The notes: generated by a model from the sequence alone, not told the origin. Shown: positions 9,686 to 20,281, counted from the first letter of the stretch. The stretch is 64,000 nucleotides of DNA from a virus (IMGVR_UViG_2684623061_000002:15870-79869), one strand, 5' to 3'. Translations and numbers: made by a program.

Positions 9686-10158
9686 CAGATGAGTTCCACG
9701 ACCGAGCGTGTCGCGCCCGTGATATCGCTCACGGCCCAGGACGCATTGCGGCGCCATGTTCCGGCGTTGTCTTGCGCGTCCTCGGCGCGGCGCTCGCCGC
9801 TGCCGGTGCTGTCGAAATCGGGGTAGCGCTCCATCACGTCCGCTTTGAGCAGGCAGGCGACGGCGCGGCGGTACAGCACCAGCAACCGGGACTCGCCATC
9901 GAAGCGCGAGGACGGCACGGCCGCGAGCGAGCGATAGCCGGCGCCTTCGTTCCCCGCGCGAAACTCGCGCAGGCGCGCATTGATCGACAAGGCGGCATAG
10001 CGCGCCAGCTCCCGTAGACGGTCGCCGGTCACGGTGCCATCAATGCGGCCGGTCTCGCGCAGGTTCGCCAAGGACAGGTCAGGGAACCAACCATCGTTCG
10101 ATAGGGTGTCGCGCTCGGGCGACGTGGTGTCCGGTGCGGCGGCGATAAAAGCGCTCAT
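9685..10158 (-). CDS. P2 gpL-like head completion protein
   Basis: NDGWFPDL, YRRAV, WAVSDITGATRSVVELI. Confidence 0.92.
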   Translation of the reverse strand: MSAFIAAAPDTTSPERDTLSNDGWFPDLSLANLRETGRIDGTVTGDRLRELARYAALSINARLREFRAGNEGAGYRSLAAVPSSRFDGESRLLVLYRRAVACLLKADVMERYPDFDSTGSGERRAEDAQDNAGTWRRNASWAVSDITGATRSVVELI

Positions 10159-10175
10159 GCGGTGTCCAGATAAAA

Positions 10176-10233
10176 ACGGCGGTGGGGGGCGAGCGATTGG
10201 GGAGAGAGGTCCGCACGCTCGCCCCGCCGCCGT
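10176..10233. other. GC-rich inverted repeat between M and L
   Basis: ACGGCGGTGGGGGGCGAGCG pairs with CGCTCGCCCCGCCGCCGT. Confidence 0.7.
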
Positions 10234-10287
10234 GCGCGCGGGTGGGCGACTCGGTAGAGCCAGGGAAGGGCCGAGACGGCGGGCGGA

Positions 10288-11022
10288 TTACGTGGGTGCG
10301 GTTTCCGGCCCGCCGTCGTCGGCTTGGCGCAAAGCGGGGGCGCTTTTGTTCAAAGCGCGATCGAGACGTTCGAGTTCCTTTTTGACGCCTGCGCGGTCGT
10401 GCAACTGCAAGGCGCGGCGCAGATGGTCGCGGGCAATTTCCGCCCAGCCACGCGGGGCGCCGGAATACGGCGCCTCGCCGGCCTTCGCCATGTACGCGAC
10501 GCCGAGCGCCTTTTGCAGCTTGGCGCGCACTTCGTCGGGCATGTCCTTATCGCGGGTCAGTTCCTCGGCCTGCGATAGCACGCCGAGCGAGAACGGCTCG
10601 CCGCTGGCCTGCGCGATGAATGCAGCCTCGGCGATTTGCTCGGCGATCAAGGTCGCGGGCGTGCGCTGGTACGCGTCGGGCATCGCCAGATCGAAGCGCA
10701 ACGCATAGTCGGCGATGCGTAGCGCGTCGCCATAGTTGCCGGCGTCGATGTGCCACACCATGACGAACATCAACACCGCGTCTTGGCCGCCGCGCCCGCT
10801 ACTCAGTACGCCGTCGACCCAAGGGGCATACTCAGGCAGCAGCTTGCGTTTTACTTCGATTTTTCGCTCAACCGACTGCACCAGCTTTAGGCGGCGGCGA
10901 TCCTCGGCGAGCTTCATCAACATGAGTTCGTAGGCATTGGCGTTGATGGGCTCGCCGGGGTCCGCCGCCGCCGAAGCCTCGGCGGCGGAGACGCGTTCGA
11001 AGTGATGGCGTGCGAGGGTCAT
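10288..11022 (-). CDS. P2 gpM-like terminase endonuclease subunit
   Basis: KRKLLPEYAPWVDGVL, VMVWHIDAG, DMPDEVRAKL, GVKKELERL. Confidence 0.93.
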   Translation of the reverse strand: MTLARHHFERVSAAEASAAADPGEPINANAYELMLMKLAEDRRRLKLVQSVERKIEVKRKLLPEYAPWVDGVLSSGRGGQDAVLMFVMVWHIDAGNYGDALRIADYALRFDLAMPDAYQRTPATLIAEQIAEAAFIAQASGEPFSLGVLSQAEELTRDKDMPDEVRAKLQKALGVAYMAKAGEAPYSGAPRGWAEIARDHLRRALQLHDRAGVKKELERLDRALNKSAPALRQADDGGPETAPT

Positions 11023-11025
11023 CGC

Positions 11026-12039
11026 TTACTTGACCGGCGCGACTTGAATGTTTTCGATCAAGCAACCGGCCGAGTAGTCCTCGACCACATACGCATCGTT
11101 GGACGATTCGTAGTTCTCGATACGGTCACGCTTAGCGTTGTCGATGATGGTTCGGCGGCGCGAGCCTTCCTGCCAGTAGATCGACAGATTGTCCAAGCGG
11201 GTGATGAAGATCGAGTTCGCCGGGAAGTAGGGCACTCGCACCGCGCCGTGGTCGCCGATGCGCTTCTGACTCACGATCATGTCAGCCGCGAGCTTTTCGG
11301 TCGGCACGTTCTGGTTGAGCAGCGGAAAATACTTGTCGGCCAGCAAGCGACGGCCGCAGATGGCGACCAGACCGGCATCTTCCTGCCACCACGGCGCGAT
11401 CAGGTTGTTCACAGCATCGAACACCAGCGCGTCCAGATTGCCGTAGTCGGCATTCTCGCCTCCGACTAGGATCGCGCCGCCGGCCTTGCCCTTGTTCAGC
11501 ACGCGGGCCGATGCGTTCTCGCGGTACTTCTGCAACCAACCCTTGTTCACGTCCTGCAACAGTGGATTCTTGACCCGATCCGAGTTCGCGGCGCGGTCCA
11601 CGCCGTTGAAGCCGATGATGATGCGATCCAAGGCCTGCCGTTGGAGCAAGCTATTGCGCACACGAGCCTGAAAGTCCTTGAACTTCGCCCAGGTGTCGAG
11701 CTTGGAATACTTGATGTGGGTATCGCTGTTGGTCTTGGTGCATTCGTACCCGGTGGCATCGATGCTGGTCGGGTCGGCGGTCTCACGATCCTTCTCGTCG
11801 GTGTTGGTCGTGCTCGCGACCGGCTCGCCGATGCCGAGTCCAAGCTTTTCGCCCTTGATCTCATCGACCGGCTGAATATTCACGGCCTGCAGGAATGCCG
11901 AACTTTCCTGCATTCGGGTTTCCATCGTCTGTTGAACGCTCGGCGCGACGGCGAACTGAGTTGTGGCGCTCTCCGCGTCGTTAATGGTCGCCACCTGGGC
12001 GGTGTACTCGTTGAACTTCTTACGGGTGTCTTTACGCAT
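11026..12039 (-). CDS. P2-family major capsid protein (gpN)
   Basis: FAVAPSVQQT, QALDRIIIGFNG, NPLLQDVNKGWLQK, YESSNDAYVVEDY. Confidence 0.96.
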   Translation of the reverse strand: MRKDTRKKFNEYTAQVATINDAESATTQFAVAPSVQQTMETRMQESSAFLQAVNIQPVDEIKGEKLGLGIGEPVASTTNTDEKDRETADPTSIDATGYECTKTNSDTHIKYSKLDTWAKFKDFQARVRNSLLQRQALDRIIIGFNGVDRAANSDRVKNPLLQDVNKGWLQKYRENASARVLNKGKAGGAILVGGENADYGNLDALVFDAVNNLIAPWWQEDAGLVAICGRRLLADKYFPLLNQNVPTEKLAADMIVSQKRIGDHGAVRVPYFPANSIFITRLDNLSIYWQEGSRRRTIIDNAKRDRIENYESSNDAYVVEDYSAGCLIENIQVAPVK

Positions 12040-12083
12040 GGGGGTCGGCTCGAAGTGAAAGGGGCGTCGCGCGGCGGGATCGA

Positions 12084-12923
12084 TCAGCAGTCGGTGAAGG
12101 CGTCGGCCTCGCTGCCGGTCGCGGTCGGTCGGTTCGGTTCGCCGTTGGGCGTCACGTCGAGCAGTTCGCGGAACTCTTTGATGGCGCGGTCGGTGTCCGT
12201 GCGGTAGCGGTCGAATTCCTGCCGCAGCTCTCGCGCGTCGCGGTCGCGCTCGCCGATAGCGCTCGATGCCTCGGCGGCGACCTGTGCGATTTGCTCAACC
12301 GCGCTATGCACGTCGGCGAACCGCGCATCGTCGGTACGGCTCTTGACGCCGAGCAGCGAACAGACCCGTTTGAACAACGAATCGGCCGGCGCGGGCGCTT
12401 CCTCGGCGTCTTCATTGAACGCGAATTCGACGGGCTCGGCGACGGTAAACACAGAGTTGACGCTGAACTTGCGCGAGGCGTAGGGGTGGCCGGCCGGGTT
12501 GTTGGCGGCGAACGTCAACAGTTCGGTGCCAAGACTTGCGGGGCTGTCGGTCACGGCTAGTCCTGTGAGGTAGGCGCGGCCGGTGCTGGCGAAATCCGGC
12601 TCGATCTCGATGGACGTGAACAGCTTCTGTTGCTTCTTGTTGAGCGCAACCAACGCGGACGTGGGTTGAATCTGTGCGAACAAGGCCAGCTTGCGCTCGC
12701 CGCCGATCTCCACCATGTCGGTTCTGAGCGCGAGTACGTCGCCATATGCACCGAACGCAGACTCGGGGCTAGCGGCACGGATGTGTTCCATCCAAACGCG
12801 TGCAGCGTAGGTCTCGCGGTTGTAGGTGGCCGCCGCGTCGAGTAGCCACGAACGTTCGATGACGCGACGGTCGCACGTGTTGCCTTCGACGGCGACGCGA
12901 TAGAACTTGACTTGCTTTGCCAC
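12084..12923 (-). CDS. P2 gpO-like capsid scaffolding protein
   Basis: FYRVAVEGNTCDRRVI, YLTGLAVTDSPASLGTE. Confidence 0.95.
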   Translation of the reverse strand: MAKQVKFYRVAVEGNTCDRRVIERSWLLDAAATYNRETYAARVWMEHIRAASPESAFGAYGDVLALRTDMVEIGGERKLALFAQIQPTSALVALNKKQQKLFTSIEIEPDFASTGRAYLTGLAVTDSPASLGTELLTFAANNPAGHPYASRKFSVNSVFTVAEPVEFAFNEDAEEAPAPADSLFKRVCSLLGVKSRTDDARFADVHSAVEQIAQVAAEASSAIGERDRDARELRQEFDRYRTDTDRAIKEFRELLDVTPNGEPNRPTATGSEADAFTDC

Positions 12924-12997
12924 CAGTTAACCCCGGACGAATGTTGTTTCGATGGGGTAATGGTCGGCGCCGGGCACCGTCGCAGCAACGCAACGCA

Positions 12998-13020
12998 CGC
13001 GTGTAAAGCGCATACACGCG
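12998..13020. promoter_or_regulatory. Dyad between the divergent O and P late promoters (Ogr-type activator site)
   Basis: CGCGTGTA-AAGCGCA-TACACGCG palindrome. Confidence 0.6.
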
Positions 13021-13065
13021 GCGTAACGGTGCAGGCTTCGCGCGCGTGCGAACTAGCCTGCGTGC

Positions 13066-14826
13066 ATGCTTTCTTTCGCGCCTGCACCCAACATCGATCA
13101 CCGCCGAAGCGCCCGCGCCCTGTACTGGCAGGGGTGGCGCGTCACGGACATTGCAAAGTTCTATGCGCTCGCTAGAACCACGGTCGAAAGCTGGAAACAG
13201 CGCGACAAGTGGGATGACGCCTCGCCGATTGAGCGCTTGGAATCGTCCATTGAGGCGCGAGTGGTGCAGCTCGTCCACAAAGAGCCGAAGACCGGTAGCG
13301 ACTACAAAGAAATAGACCTGTTGTGTCGGCAGATCGAGCGAACGGCGCGGGTTCGACGCTACAGCGAGCCCGGCGGACACGAAGGCGATTTGAATCCGAA
13401 TATCGCCAAGCGTAATGCCAAGCCGAAGCGCAAGCCGGTGCGCAACGCGTTCAGTGAGGAACAGCAGGCAAAGCTTATTGCATCGTTTGACGATCAGCTA
13501 TTCGGCTATCAACGGTATTGGCGCAAGAACGCCTTCGGCGAGCGAATCCGCAACATTCTCAAGTCGCGGCAGATCGGCGCCACGTTCTACTTTGCGCGTG
13601 AGGCATTGGTCGATGCGCTGGAAACCGGGCGCAATCAAATCTTCCTGTCGGCCAGCAAGGCGCAGGCGCATGTCTTTAAACAATACATTGCGCAGTTCGC
13701 GCAGACCGTCGATGTAGACCTCACCGGCGATCCGATCATTCTGCCGAACGGCGCGACGCTGTATTTCCTCGGCACCAACGTGCGGACGGCGCAGAGCTAT
13801 CACGGCAACCTGTACTTTGACGAGTACTTTTGGACGCATCAGTTCGAAGAACTGCGCAAGGTCGCGGCCGGCATGGCGCTGCATAAGCACTGGCGGCAAA
13901 CGTATTTCTCTACGCCGTCCAGCGTCACGCATCAAGCCTATGCGTTCTGGACGGGTGCCGCGTTCAACAAGGGACGAAGGAAAGAGGATCGGGTCAAGGT
14001 TGACGTGTCGCACGAAGCGCTGCGCGACGGTCGCATGTGCGCGGACGGCCAGTGGCGCCAGATCGTCACCATTGAGGACGCGCTACGCCAGGGTTGCAAC
14101 CTGTTCGACCTCGATCAATTGCGCTTGGAGTACAGCCCGGACGAATGGGCGAACTTGCTTATGTGCGAGTTCGTGGACGACACGCTGTCGGTGTTCCCGC
14201 TCGCGGAGATGCAGCGCTGCTTTGTCGATTCTTGGAGCGTATGGGACGACTTCAAACCGTTTGCGCTGCGACCGCTCGGCCATCGTGAGGTGTGGGTCGG
14301 CTATGACCCGGCCTTGACCGGCGACAGCGCCGGGCTGGTCGTGGTCGCGCCACCGCTGGTGCCGGGCGGGAAGTTCCGCCTGTTGGAAAAGCACCAATGG
14401 CGCGGAATGGACTTCAAGACCCAAGCCGAGCGCATCCGCAAAATTACGCAGCAATACAACGTGACCTATATCGGCGTGGACGCAACCGGAGTGGGTGCCG
14501 GCGTGTTCCCGCTGGTGCGTGACTTCTTCCCTAGCGTTCGGAACATCACGTACTCGGTCGAGACTAAAACCCGAATGGTGTTGAAAGCCAAAGACGTTAT
14601 TTCCAGCGGACGTTTGGAGTTCGACGCCGCGTGGACGGATATCGCGCAGGCGTTTATGTCGATCCACAAGGCTCTCACCGCGACCGGCCGGCAGGCCACT
14701 TATGAAGCCAGCCGCAGCGACGACATAGGTCACGCCGATTTGGCGTGGGCCGTGATGCACGCGCTGGACAACGAACCCTTAGAGGGCATGACCGCCCGCC
14801 ATCGATCCATTGTGGAGATAATTTAA
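13066..14826 (+). CDS. P2 gpP-like terminase ATPase subunit
   Basis: ARALYWQGW, ILKSRQIGATFYFARE, LYFDEYFW, HADLAWAVMHAL. Confidence 0.96.
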   Translation: MLSFAPAPNIDHRRSARALYWQGWRVTDIAKFYALARTTVESWKQRDKWDDASPIERLESSIEARVVQLVHKEPKTGSDYKEIDLLCRQIERTARVRRYSEPGGHEGDLNPNIAKRNAKPKRKPVRNAFSEEQQAKLIASFDDQLFGYQRYWRKNAFGERIRNILKSRQIGATFYFAREALVDALETGRNQIFLSASKAQAHVFKQYIAQFAQTVDVDLTGDPIILPNGATLYFLGTNVRTAQSYHGNLYFDEYFWTHQFEELRKVAAGMALHKHWRQTYFSTPSSVTHQAYAFWTGAAFNKGRRKEDRVKVDVSHEALRDGRMCADGQWRQIVTIEDALRQGCNLFDLDQLRLEYSPDEWANLLMCEFVDDTLSVFPLAEMQRCFVDSWSVWDDFKPFALRPLGHREVWVGYDPALTGDSAGLVVVAPPLVPGGKFRLLEKHQWRGMDFKTQAERIRKITQQYNVTYIGVDATGVGAGVFPLVRDFFPSVRNITYSVETKTRMVLKAKDVISSGRLEFDAAWTDIAQAFMSIHKALTATGRQATYEASRSDDIGHADLAWAVMHALDNEPLEGMTARHRSIVEII

Positions 14827-15845
14827 TGAGTGCTGTTGTGCCTGCGGAAGCGGAAGCCACTACGAAGGCCAAGGCGCAAGCCTTCAGCTTCGGCGAGCCG
14901 ATACCCGTGCTGGACAAGCGCGGTTTGCTGGAGCACCTGGAATGCGTGCGTAATGGCAAGTGGTACGAACCGCCAGTGTCGCTGGACGGGCTCGCGCGAG
15001 CGTTTCGGTCGAGTCCGCATCACGCGTCCGCCATGTATACGAAGTGCAATATTTTGGTGTCCACCTTCGTGCCGCATCGCTTGCTCAGTGGCGATCAATT
15101 CGAAAAACTGGCGCTTGACACGATTGCGCTCGGCAATGGCTATCTAGAGCGGCGGGACGCGCGGAGCCGCAAGCCCTTGGCGCTGAAACATGCGCTTGCG
15201 AAGTTCGTTCGGCGGGGCGTTGACGATGGTCGATACTTCTTCGTGCGCGGCTGGGAAGATGAACACGAATTCGCGACCGACAGCGTCTTTCACGTGATGG
15301 AACCGGACATCAATCAAGAGATATACGGCGTGCCGCAGTACGTGAGTGCGTTGCAATCGGCGCTGTTGAACGAGTCCGCGACGTTGTTCCGACGCAAGTA
15401 TTATCTCAACGGCAGTCATGCCGGTTTCATTATGTACGTCAACGATGCGGCGCAGGATCAGGCCGACATTGATGCGATGCGCAATGCGCTACGCGATGCC
15501 AAGGGCGTCGGCAACTTTCGCAATCTGTTCCTGTACTCGCCGAATGGCAAGAAAGACGGCGTGCAGGTCATCCCGATTAGCGAAGTCGCGGCGAAGGATG
15601 AATTTCTAGGCATCAAGGGGGCGACGCGCGATGACGTACTCGCCGCGCATCGCGTGCCGCCGCAGTTGCTGGGCATCGTGCCGAACAATACAGGCGGCTT
15701 CGGCGACGTCGAGAAAGCCGCCCGCGTGTTTGCGCGAAATGAACTGCTGCCGCTGCAAACTCGATTCCAAAGAATTAATGATTGGATTGGGGATGAGGTC
15801 ATTAAGTTTTTGCCTTATGACCTTGATATGGCTAGTGGCAAATAG
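14826..15845 (+). CDS. P2 gpQ-like portal protein
   Basis: WYEPPVS, NQEIYGVPQY, NESATLFRRKYYLNGSHAGF, HRVPPQLLG. Confidence 0.96.
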   Translation: MSAVVPAEAEATTKAKAQAFSFGEPIPVLDKRGLLEHLECVRNGKWYEPPVSLDGLARAFRSSPHHASAMYTKCNILVSTFVPHRLLSGDQFEKLALDTIALGNGYLERRDARSRKPLALKHALAKFVRRGVDDGRYFFVRGWEDEHEFATDSVFHVMEPDINQEIYGVPQYVSALQSALLNESATLFRRKYYLNGSHAGFIMYVNDAAQDQADIDAMRNALRDAKGVGNFRNLFLYSPNGKKDGVQVIPISEVAAKDEFLGIKGATRDDVLAAHRVPPQLLGIVPNNTGGFGDVEKAARVFARNELLPLQTRFQRINDWIGDEVIKFLPYDLDMASGK

Positions 15846-15872
15846 TCGATGCCAACCGCCACTTGATGAGGA

Positions 15873-16619
15873 CTATTCGCCAGTCGGCTTCCTCGTCTGT
15901 TTTCGCGTCTTCTTCAATGGGGGCGGCTCCGCAACGGGAGTAGGAACTGGGCCCGGGAGCGGGAGCGGGAGCGGGAGCGATGACGGCAACTGCGCCTTTC
16001 CTTCCCGGACAAATCCCGCGAGAATTTTCAATCGGCGGTAGTGGCTCGCGAGTAGCTTAGATGCAACCTCAGTGCTCTTTGTCCTTTCAGCAAGCAACTC
16101 GAATCCTTCGAATTTAATGGCTTTCGCTAGCTCTTTCGAAAGCTTTGTCAGTTCCTGAACCTCTTGCAGCGTAAGCTTCAGTTCCAGTACTCGCTTCTCT
16201 CGTCTACGAAGCGAGACGGCTGCGAAAATTTTTGTTATTTGGTCATAAGCCTTCGCTGCTGTGACTGTCATGCCTATCAAGCTCATGACTGCACCACCAA
16301 TCTTTAGTGCGGGCGCTATGTGTAACAAGAGATCCATGTAGCCAGGCGAGGCGTACCGGATCTCTGCAACCAATGGTCGATGACGAACATTCACTTGGTT
16401 TTCTAGGACGGTGTAGATATTTACATACGAGTAACCGCCTTTCCACGGGTACTCCTGGAGCGCGTAGTTGATTCGCTCCGCGTCATACGCTGGCAAGTCG
16501 GAGTCAAAGCAGTAAACGAATGCATACACCTGTATGAACGCGTGAGGGAAGTCGTACAGGTCTCTTAACTTCCACCTTTCATCCATCCCTACTCTGTATC
16601 TCGCCGGTTCTGACTGCAT
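15873..16619 (-). CDS. Hypothetical protein (low-GC cargo)
   Basis: 248-aa ORF with GGAGG RBS; internal hydrophobic helix; Pro-rich tail encoded by (GGGAGC)4. Confidence 0.75.
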   Translation of the reverse strand: MQSEPARYRVGMDERWKLRDLYDFPHAFIQVYAFVYCFDSDLPAYDAERINYALQEYPWKGGYSYVNIYTVLENQVNVRHRPLVAEIRYASPGYMDLLLHIAPALKIGGAVMSLIGMTVTAAKAYDQITKIFAAVSLRRREKRVLELKLTLQEVQELTKLSKELAKAIKFEGFELLAERTKSTEVASKLLASHYRRLKILAGFVREGKAQLPSSLPLPLPLPGPVPTPVAEPPPLKKTRKQTRKPTGE

Positions 16620-16714
16620 AGCTTCCTCCCGAAGCGTAGTTCTCGTTAGCGCCTTGATGCCAGATTGGCTAACTTTGGGGAAAGCTGCTCACCCCTAGTT
16701 AACCTAACGAACGG

Positions 16715-19700
16715 TTACAACTGTGGTCGCATTGCGTCGGTTTGCTTTTGGTTTTGCTGTTGCTCTGTCAACGCTCGCTCTTGGGTCTGTTGCTGTTCGT
16801 AATGCTGGCTTAGCGTCTGCGCCTCGCGCAACGAGTCTTGCATCGGCGGCGCCGGCCCTTTCGCATCGACGCCAGCACGATATCCTGGCGTAACGCTGCC
16901 GACCCATAGCGTGCCATCCGCGACGCCAACTTGTCCCAGCCGGTCAACGTCCGGTATGCCGTTGCGCTTTGCTTCCACCATCGCGAGCGCGACGGTTTCA
17001 TCCGATACGTTCGGCGCGCCACCGCGAATCCTGGCGAACATTGCTTGATCTTTCAGGCTTAGCTGCGACAGATCGAATGGCTCGGGGGGACGATCCGGCG
17101 CCGACCGTGCAGGCTCGTGCGTGCGATCCTCCTCATGTCTAGCGGTTGCGCGTGAGGATGCTGCGTGTCCGGGCGCATAGGCGAATGGTTCGGTGACCGG
17201 TGGCGGCTCGTGGGTTTGCGCCGTTACGGCCGATTCGTTCGAGGCTGTTTCCCGCGACGGCGAGCGGGATTGCGTTTCGGGTGGCGAGCGGTCGGGGAAC
17301 CGCGCGTCCTGCGTGTCATCGCTGGCCGCTGTAGGTGGGCGGTGTTCGTGTACGGGCCGCGTAGGCGCTTCGTAGGGCGGGGGAGTGGCGACGGCGGCGG
17401 GTGCCGCGGTTGCCAGGGGCTCGGCACGAGGCGCGGTGCGGAGAGGCTCCTGTAATGGCTCGGGCGCGTCCGCGCCGCCGACCTTGGATGATTCGATACG
17501 CGCGTGTTGTGCCGCCGACAACGCTTGCTGCGTCGCCGGGTCGGTCATGCCAGTATCGGCTATCCCTTGATCGCGCTGGAACTGGCGCACGGCCTGTTCG
17601 GTCTTGGCGTCGTACTGTCCCGTTTGCGGCAAGGGCTCGCCTTCGGGACCGCGATAGCCGACTCGGTCCAGACGGTACTGCAAAAATTTAACTTCCTGAC
17701 CTTCGCTGCCCGGACGCAATACATCGTCCGGGGCCGACGCGGCGGCGCTGGGCGGGTTGACTGCCGCATCCGGCGCGGGGCGGGCCGGTTCCGACCGTGT
17801 GACCGGCGAAACCACGTTAGCGGGTGCCGCTTGATGTTGTGCTGGCGCTGGCGTTTCCGCTTGTGGGGTCGGCTCCGGTTTGGCCGGTTCTGGTTCGGGT
17901 GCGAGTTCGACGGTAGGCGCAGCGGCGACCACCGCAGGGGCGGGGCTGAATGACCGCTCACGTTCTGGACTGCTGTCCGTCAGCGTGACCGAAGGCGCTT
18001 CCGTGTGTGCGGATGGCCTATCGATCGGTATCGAATCCGCGCGAGGTGCAGCGGGCGAAGTGGCCTGCGCGGCCGCTTGTTGCGCGACTTGCTGCACTCG
18101 GTCATGCGACAAACCTTCCCGATTGGCTTCGCGTAACGCTTGCTCCTGGGCCTCGCGTTGTTGCGGCGATAGCGCAGCTATCCGCAGTTCTGGGGTGTCC
18201 GGGATCAACGCAGGTGGCGCCCGGAGGTCCACCATAGCCAACGCAATTTCGTCTCTACTCGTCACCGCCGCCACATGCACGACGCCCGCGCTATCAGCGC
18301 GCAGATGCGTGATGGGACTGTTTACGTCGTATTTTTTCTCTGCGTTGGGTTCCAAGGACAGCGACGAAGTGGCGCGGTCTATGCCGTGTACGTCGCGCGT
18401 CCGCTCGACGGCTTCCAGCGCTGCGGCTAAATGCTCCGGGTCCGGTTTGACACCGAACGCGTGATAGGTCGAAACTAAATTGTCCCGGTCTTGTTCCTCG
18501 CGCGTCGGCGGTTGCCATTGCGGTATCGCTGCCGTCTGCTGCTTGTGCTGCGCCAACTGCGGCTCCAAGGCGGCGCGTGTTCTGTCCAATTCCAGGCGCA
18601 AATTGCCCTGCGCAATGTCGCCGGATTCACCTTCACGGTGCCATTGCCCCCTGTCATTGTGGCGGTATTGATTGCCATCCGAAGCGGTGAGCGTGTCGGC
18701 GTTCAGTACTGCGCTGACGGCGGGTAGCTTCGCACCGAACGAAGCCCAGCCGGCTGAGGTATAGGCCAAGTCATAGCGCGCAGCAATCGGAGCTGGGCCG
18801 TTGGCGATGTTGTCCCGGATCACTTGCTCCGATACCGCGTTAAGCTCCTCTGCGCGCTCCGGTGTCGCAGTTTCGGAACGCGTCATGGGCACGCCGCGCT
18901 GTTCAAAGCCGATGACTACGTCTCGATTCCATTCGCCGGTACGCGGGTTGTGCTCCCAGTCGGCGCGTTGCAGGCTCGGCGTATCGCTTCGCACGGCCCG
19001 GAGTGTGTACGGATCGCGCGGTGGTTCTAGGTTTCTCGGCGCTAGTGCTAGTGCAGTTGCGGCGTTGCTCGCCCGATAGCTCAGTTCGCGGGCCTTCTCA
19101 GGTAGTGCGGAAAACTCCTGTTCAACGGGTTTATCTGCGCCGTCGTCGCGAAGGTCGGCCTGTTGATCGCGGACCCATTGCCGGCCATTGAAGCTCCAAT
19201 CTACGTCGTCGCGGTCGGTTTGATTAAAGACCCTGTGGTCATCCCACATTTTTGCGGCCTTCTCGCCCACGTAGCTTCCGGATATTGCGCCGACCGCGAT
19301 AAAGCCAATCACGCCCGGTCCCGTCCAACTGCCAGCGGCGAGGCCCGAAGCGGCGCCACCGACCCAGCCGCCGACACCGACGCCTGCGTAATGCGCCATT
19401 TGCGACTGAGCTGCAAGTGGGTTGTCTTGCGCAAGTGACCTTGCGGTTCGCTCGCCGGCCTCGGCGGCGTCAACGACGCCAGCGACTAAACCGGCGCCGA
19501 CGACGGCCTTAATCGCCGCGCCGCGTCCGATGGCTCGCGTGGCCGAGCGCTCCGTGGTGGCTAAGTCAGCCTCGATGTGAAGCGCAAACGTCGCGCGAAG
19601 TTCCGTGACGCTGGACTCCGAAACCGTCAAGCGCCCCGCGCCATGAGCTTGATTGATCGCATCGCGCAGCGTGAGGTGGCCATCGATGCCTTCGCCTTTC

Positions 19701-20281
19701 GTAGGCTTGAGGCTAGGCTGATTTACCGCTCGTACTGTTGCGAGAACATTCTTCTCAGACTGAACAACCGCAGCCCACTCCGACTCAGGCATAGGCAGTT
19801 TGTTGACCTGACTAATTTGTGTGGCATGGGACCGGGCGTATCCCTCGACATCGTCGAAAAAATCTTGTGTTTTCAGCCTGGACTGCGCGGAAGTCATTCC
19901 GGCCGGAGTGTTCGTATAGACGTCGCCATTTATCAATGCGACCTTGAGTGTGTCCTGCAGATGATGCACACGCTCAACCACGCGCTCGGCAGCGGCGCGA
20001 TCCCCGTTGAGCGCGGCCTTTCCATCCTTGGTTGCGGAGATCTCGTTTAGCTGAAATAGAACCCCGTCCGAGTACGCCTTGAAGTGGCCTCCCGTGTGAG
20101 GACTCACTCCCAACGTGCCGGCGAGCACTTTGTCATCGGGTAGATAAATCGTGTTGCGGGGACTATCGAGATCGTGCAGCCCCATTGCCTTAAGCTTTTG
20201 TAAGAGCGGGCTTCGGTCGAAAGCCTTGTTCTGCTCGATACAGTGATGCCACTCGAAGACGTGGCGCTCTGGCGAATTCAT
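16715..20281 (-). CDS. X-T4SS-type effector: AHH (HNH/EndoVII) nuclease, peptidoglycan-binding domain, XVIPCD
   Basis: N-terminal WHHCIE, NTIYLP, HTGGH; Gly-rich hydrophobic segment; PG-binding motif LRPGSEGQEVKFLQYRL...TEQAVRQFQRDQGI; C-terminal XVIPCD-like region with Gln-rich tail. Confidence 0.8.
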   Translation of the reverse strand: MNSPERHVFEWHHCIEQNKAFDRSPLLQKLKAMGLHDLDSPRNTIYLPDDKVLAGTLGVSPHTGGHFKAYSDGVLFQLNEISATKDGKAALNGDRAAAERVVERVHHLQDTLKVALINGDVYTNTPAGMTSAQSRLKTQDFFDDVEGYARSHATQISQVNKLPMPESEWAAVVQSEKNVLATVRAVNQPSLKPTKGEGIDGHLTLRDAINQAHGAGRLTVSESSVTELRATFALHIEADLATTERSATRAIGRGAAIKAVVGAGLVAGVVDAAEAGERTARSLAQDNPLAAQSQMAHYAGVGVGGWVGGAASGLAAGSWTGPGVIGFIAVGAISGSYVGEKAAKMWDDHRVFNQTDRDDVDWSFNGRQWVRDQQADLRDDGADKPVEQEFSALPEKARELSYRASNAATALALAPRNLEPPRDPYTLRAVRSDTPSLQRADWEHNPRTGEWNRDVVIGFEQRGVPMTRSETATPERAEELNAVSEQVIRDNIANGPAPIAARYDLAYTSAGWASFGAKLPAVSAVLNADTLTASDGNQYRHNDRGQWHREGESGDIAQGNLRLELDRTRAALEPQLAQHKQQTAAIPQWQPPTREEQDRDNLVSTYHAFGVKPDPEHLAAALEAVERTRDVHGIDRATSSLSLEPNAEKKYDVNSPITHLRADSAGVVHVAAVTSRDEIALAMVDLRAPPALIPDTPELRIAALSPQQREAQEQALREANREGLSHDRVQQVAQQAAAQATSPAAPRADSIPIDRPSAHTEAPSVTLTDSSPERERSFSPAPAVVAAAPTVELAPEPEPAKPEPTPQAETPAPAQHQAAPANVVSPVTRSEPARPAPDAAVNPPSAAASAPDDVLRPGSEGQEVKFLQYRLDRVGYRGPEGEPLPQTGQYDAKTEQAVRQFQRDQGIADTGMTDPATQQALSAAQHARIESSKVGGADAPEPLQEPLRTAPRAEPLATAAPAAVATPPPYEAPTRPVHEHRPPTAASDDTQDARFPDRSPPETQSRSPSRETASNESAVTAQTHEPPPVTEPFAYAPGHAASSRATARHEEDRTHEPARSAPDRPPEPFDLSQLSLKDQAMFARIRGGAPNVSDETVALAMVEAKRNGIPDVDRLGQVGVADGTLWVGSVTPGYRAGVDAKGPAPPMQDSLREAQTLSQHYEQQQTQERALTEQQQNQKQTDAMRPQL

